DNA of 64,000 bases from Azolla caroliniana (Eukaryota; Plantae; Polypodiophyta). The notes beneath the pieces are model-generated. The model saw only the letters and a program-made list of their open reading frames with translations. It did no database searches and was not told the DNA's origin. The position numbers and the translations under genes were made by a program. Positions 62,197 to 64,000 of the stretch are shown here, piece after piece. The stretch lies in NCBI GenBank assembly GCA_043228905.1, contig JBHGNT010000002.1:24924001-24988000 (forward strand), written 5' to 3'. The first letter of the stretch is position 1. Every line of letters starts with the position of its first letter.

Positions 62197-62282
62197 GCAC
62201 TCTTCTGATGGAAGTCAAACCATATCAGCGTGCTAGGAAAGAGAAAGCTGCGTGAGCACTCTTCTGATGGAAGTCAAACCAT
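62165..62282. repeat. 59-bp tandem duplication spanning the SIP stop codon
   Basis: atcagcgtgcta(a/g)gaaagagaaagctgcgtgagcactcttctgatggaagtcaaaccat x2. Confidence 0.95.
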
Positions 62283-63032
62283 ATTATTATAATAGAGGCC
62301 TGATTTAACTAAGAATTGGTTTCTGTGAGCAGTCTGCTATGCAAGTTAAGACTATTGATGTTCCTGTGATCTATATGCTCTAAGTAGTGTTGTAACCTTT
62401 CCGATTCTTGCCTTATGCTATTGCTTGGATGTATGTCAACTTGTGTACATCATAATCTAGAATGCCAATTCCTGTTTGATGCCTTGTCAACGTAATGTAG
62501 AATATCCATCAAATAACAGGGAATGACATTTTGATGAAATGCTTGATAGATTCTTGTGAATGCAGACACTAATGAATTATATCTCTAACACTGGATCATA
62601 CACATGGATGATTTGATGATCAAATGCATGGACGATTAGACAGGATCACATGCATCATCTCTGCCGCAATGAATGTCCTACTGCATTGGAATGTTTTGGT
62701 ACTCAATCCCAAATATCCCACCATCACGTGATAAGTGTTGGTATGACAAAGATAAGGAATAGGCATCCCATAAATACTGTGAGTCGTGACTATGCACTCA
62801 AATAAGGTCATCAAAACTATGCAGCCCATGGAAATTTTGACTGCGTTCAACTTATAAACATCAATAATAATTTATTGACTGTGGATTTTGCACATAGGTA
62901 CTGTCAGTAAGTGAACGAAAATATCGAAAATACAACAGAAAATTGATCAAGGCCATGGTTCCAGTAAATTCCCATATAAGAAATAGATAAGTTGTGAATG
63001 ATTTGATAACATCATATAGATGCGTATTCATA

Positions 63033-63877
63033 TTACGTGAAGTTAAGTAATAGCTTACAACCATCCGGAAATGCTAGACCTCTAACAATTTCTAGAGTAA
63101 GCTGATCACAATATGAAAGTTCCAATTTTTCTAATTGTTGGCAACATGCTGCAATCTTTATAATACTTGTGTTTGTTATGCCATGGCAATTATTTAGCTT
63201 GAGAATTTTTAATGGAGATGCACCACTTAGTTCTATGAAGCACCCATCGGTAATATTGGAACTCTCCAAATCAAGATGCTCAATTAGTGAGCAGAAAGTG
63301 AAAATCAACTTTACAGCTTCATCAGATATGTTTGTTAACCATCCTAATCCCAAGACCTTGAGAGTAGATCCACGGCATCTGACAATCTCCTTCACAGCTT
63401 CATCAGAAAGCTTTCTGCATCCATTGAGGATAAGGTTCTCCAGGTGTATACATTTTTCTGCTAGATTCATAATTATATCATCTTCGATCTTGGAGCAACT
63501 AGACAAGTTTAATGTCCTCAGCTCCACGCATCTCTCTGCAACACTCTGCACTCCTGAGCTAACCTTTAAGCACATGCTTAAATCAAGCACACGCAAAGAT
63601 GTACATCCCTGTGATAAATATGTTAGTCCCAGATCACCAACATTGATACAGCTTTGAAGATTCAGCTCTACCAAGTGCTTGGAATGTCTTCCTATATGTT
63701 CCAAGCTCTTATCTGTCAGACGTTTGCAGCCACTGAGAAACAAACCTTGTAACTGTGGGCAGCCTCGTACTAAAGACTCAACCCCTTTATCACTAACAAG
63801 CTTGCAATCAGATAAATCAATCCAGCACAATGTTGACAGGCCACATCCTAATGCATTCAAACCAACATCTGTGATGC
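63033..63877 (-). CDS. Terminal exon of an F-box/LRR-repeat (RNI-like) protein; 5' part lies outside the window
   Basis: Cys-containing LRR repeats (LxxLxLSxCxxxxD); acceptor CAG| at 63878/63877 giving GITDVGLNALG; ends FPDGCKLLLNFT. Confidence 0.85.
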
Positions 63878-64000
63878 CTGCATGTCAATAACAAGGTTCA
63901 TATGTCAACGGTAAATGTTTCTGAACACGTCACTGCATTTTAGCTAGCATAAAAATGATCAACAAACATGTATCTTATGCGATACAGTGGCTCAGCTATG

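Overview
Land-plant nuclear DNA, not prokaryotic. GT-AG introns, gene content and TE style suggest a seedless vascular plant such as a fern (inference only). There are six host genes. (1) A CRF-type AP2/ERF transcription factor (- strand, 2 coding exons, ~468 aa, with a candidate spliced uORF overlapping its ATG). (2) A class IV glutaredoxin Grx-DEP-DUF547 (+, 6 exons). (3) TBCC-domain protein 1 (-, 9 exons, ~607 aa). (4) Chloroplast ATP synthase delta ATPD (-, intronless). (5) A SIP aquaporin (+, 3 coding exons). (6) The last exon of an F-box/LRR (RNI-like) gene (-). A ~19 kb nested retroelement island lies at 35.4-54.4 kb. It holds a compact Ty3/gypsy element with a tRNA-Ala-type PBS and a 4-bp TSD inserted in an L1-like remnant; a decayed Ty1/copia with a duplicated PPT; and a very young, ORF-intact, CCGG-rich Ty1/copia with non-canonical TG...TA LTR ends inserted into a related older LTR. 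LINE remnants and many small local tandem duplications occur elsewhere. No single clearly novel multi-gene system is evident. The best leads are the unusual retroelements and the CRF uORF.
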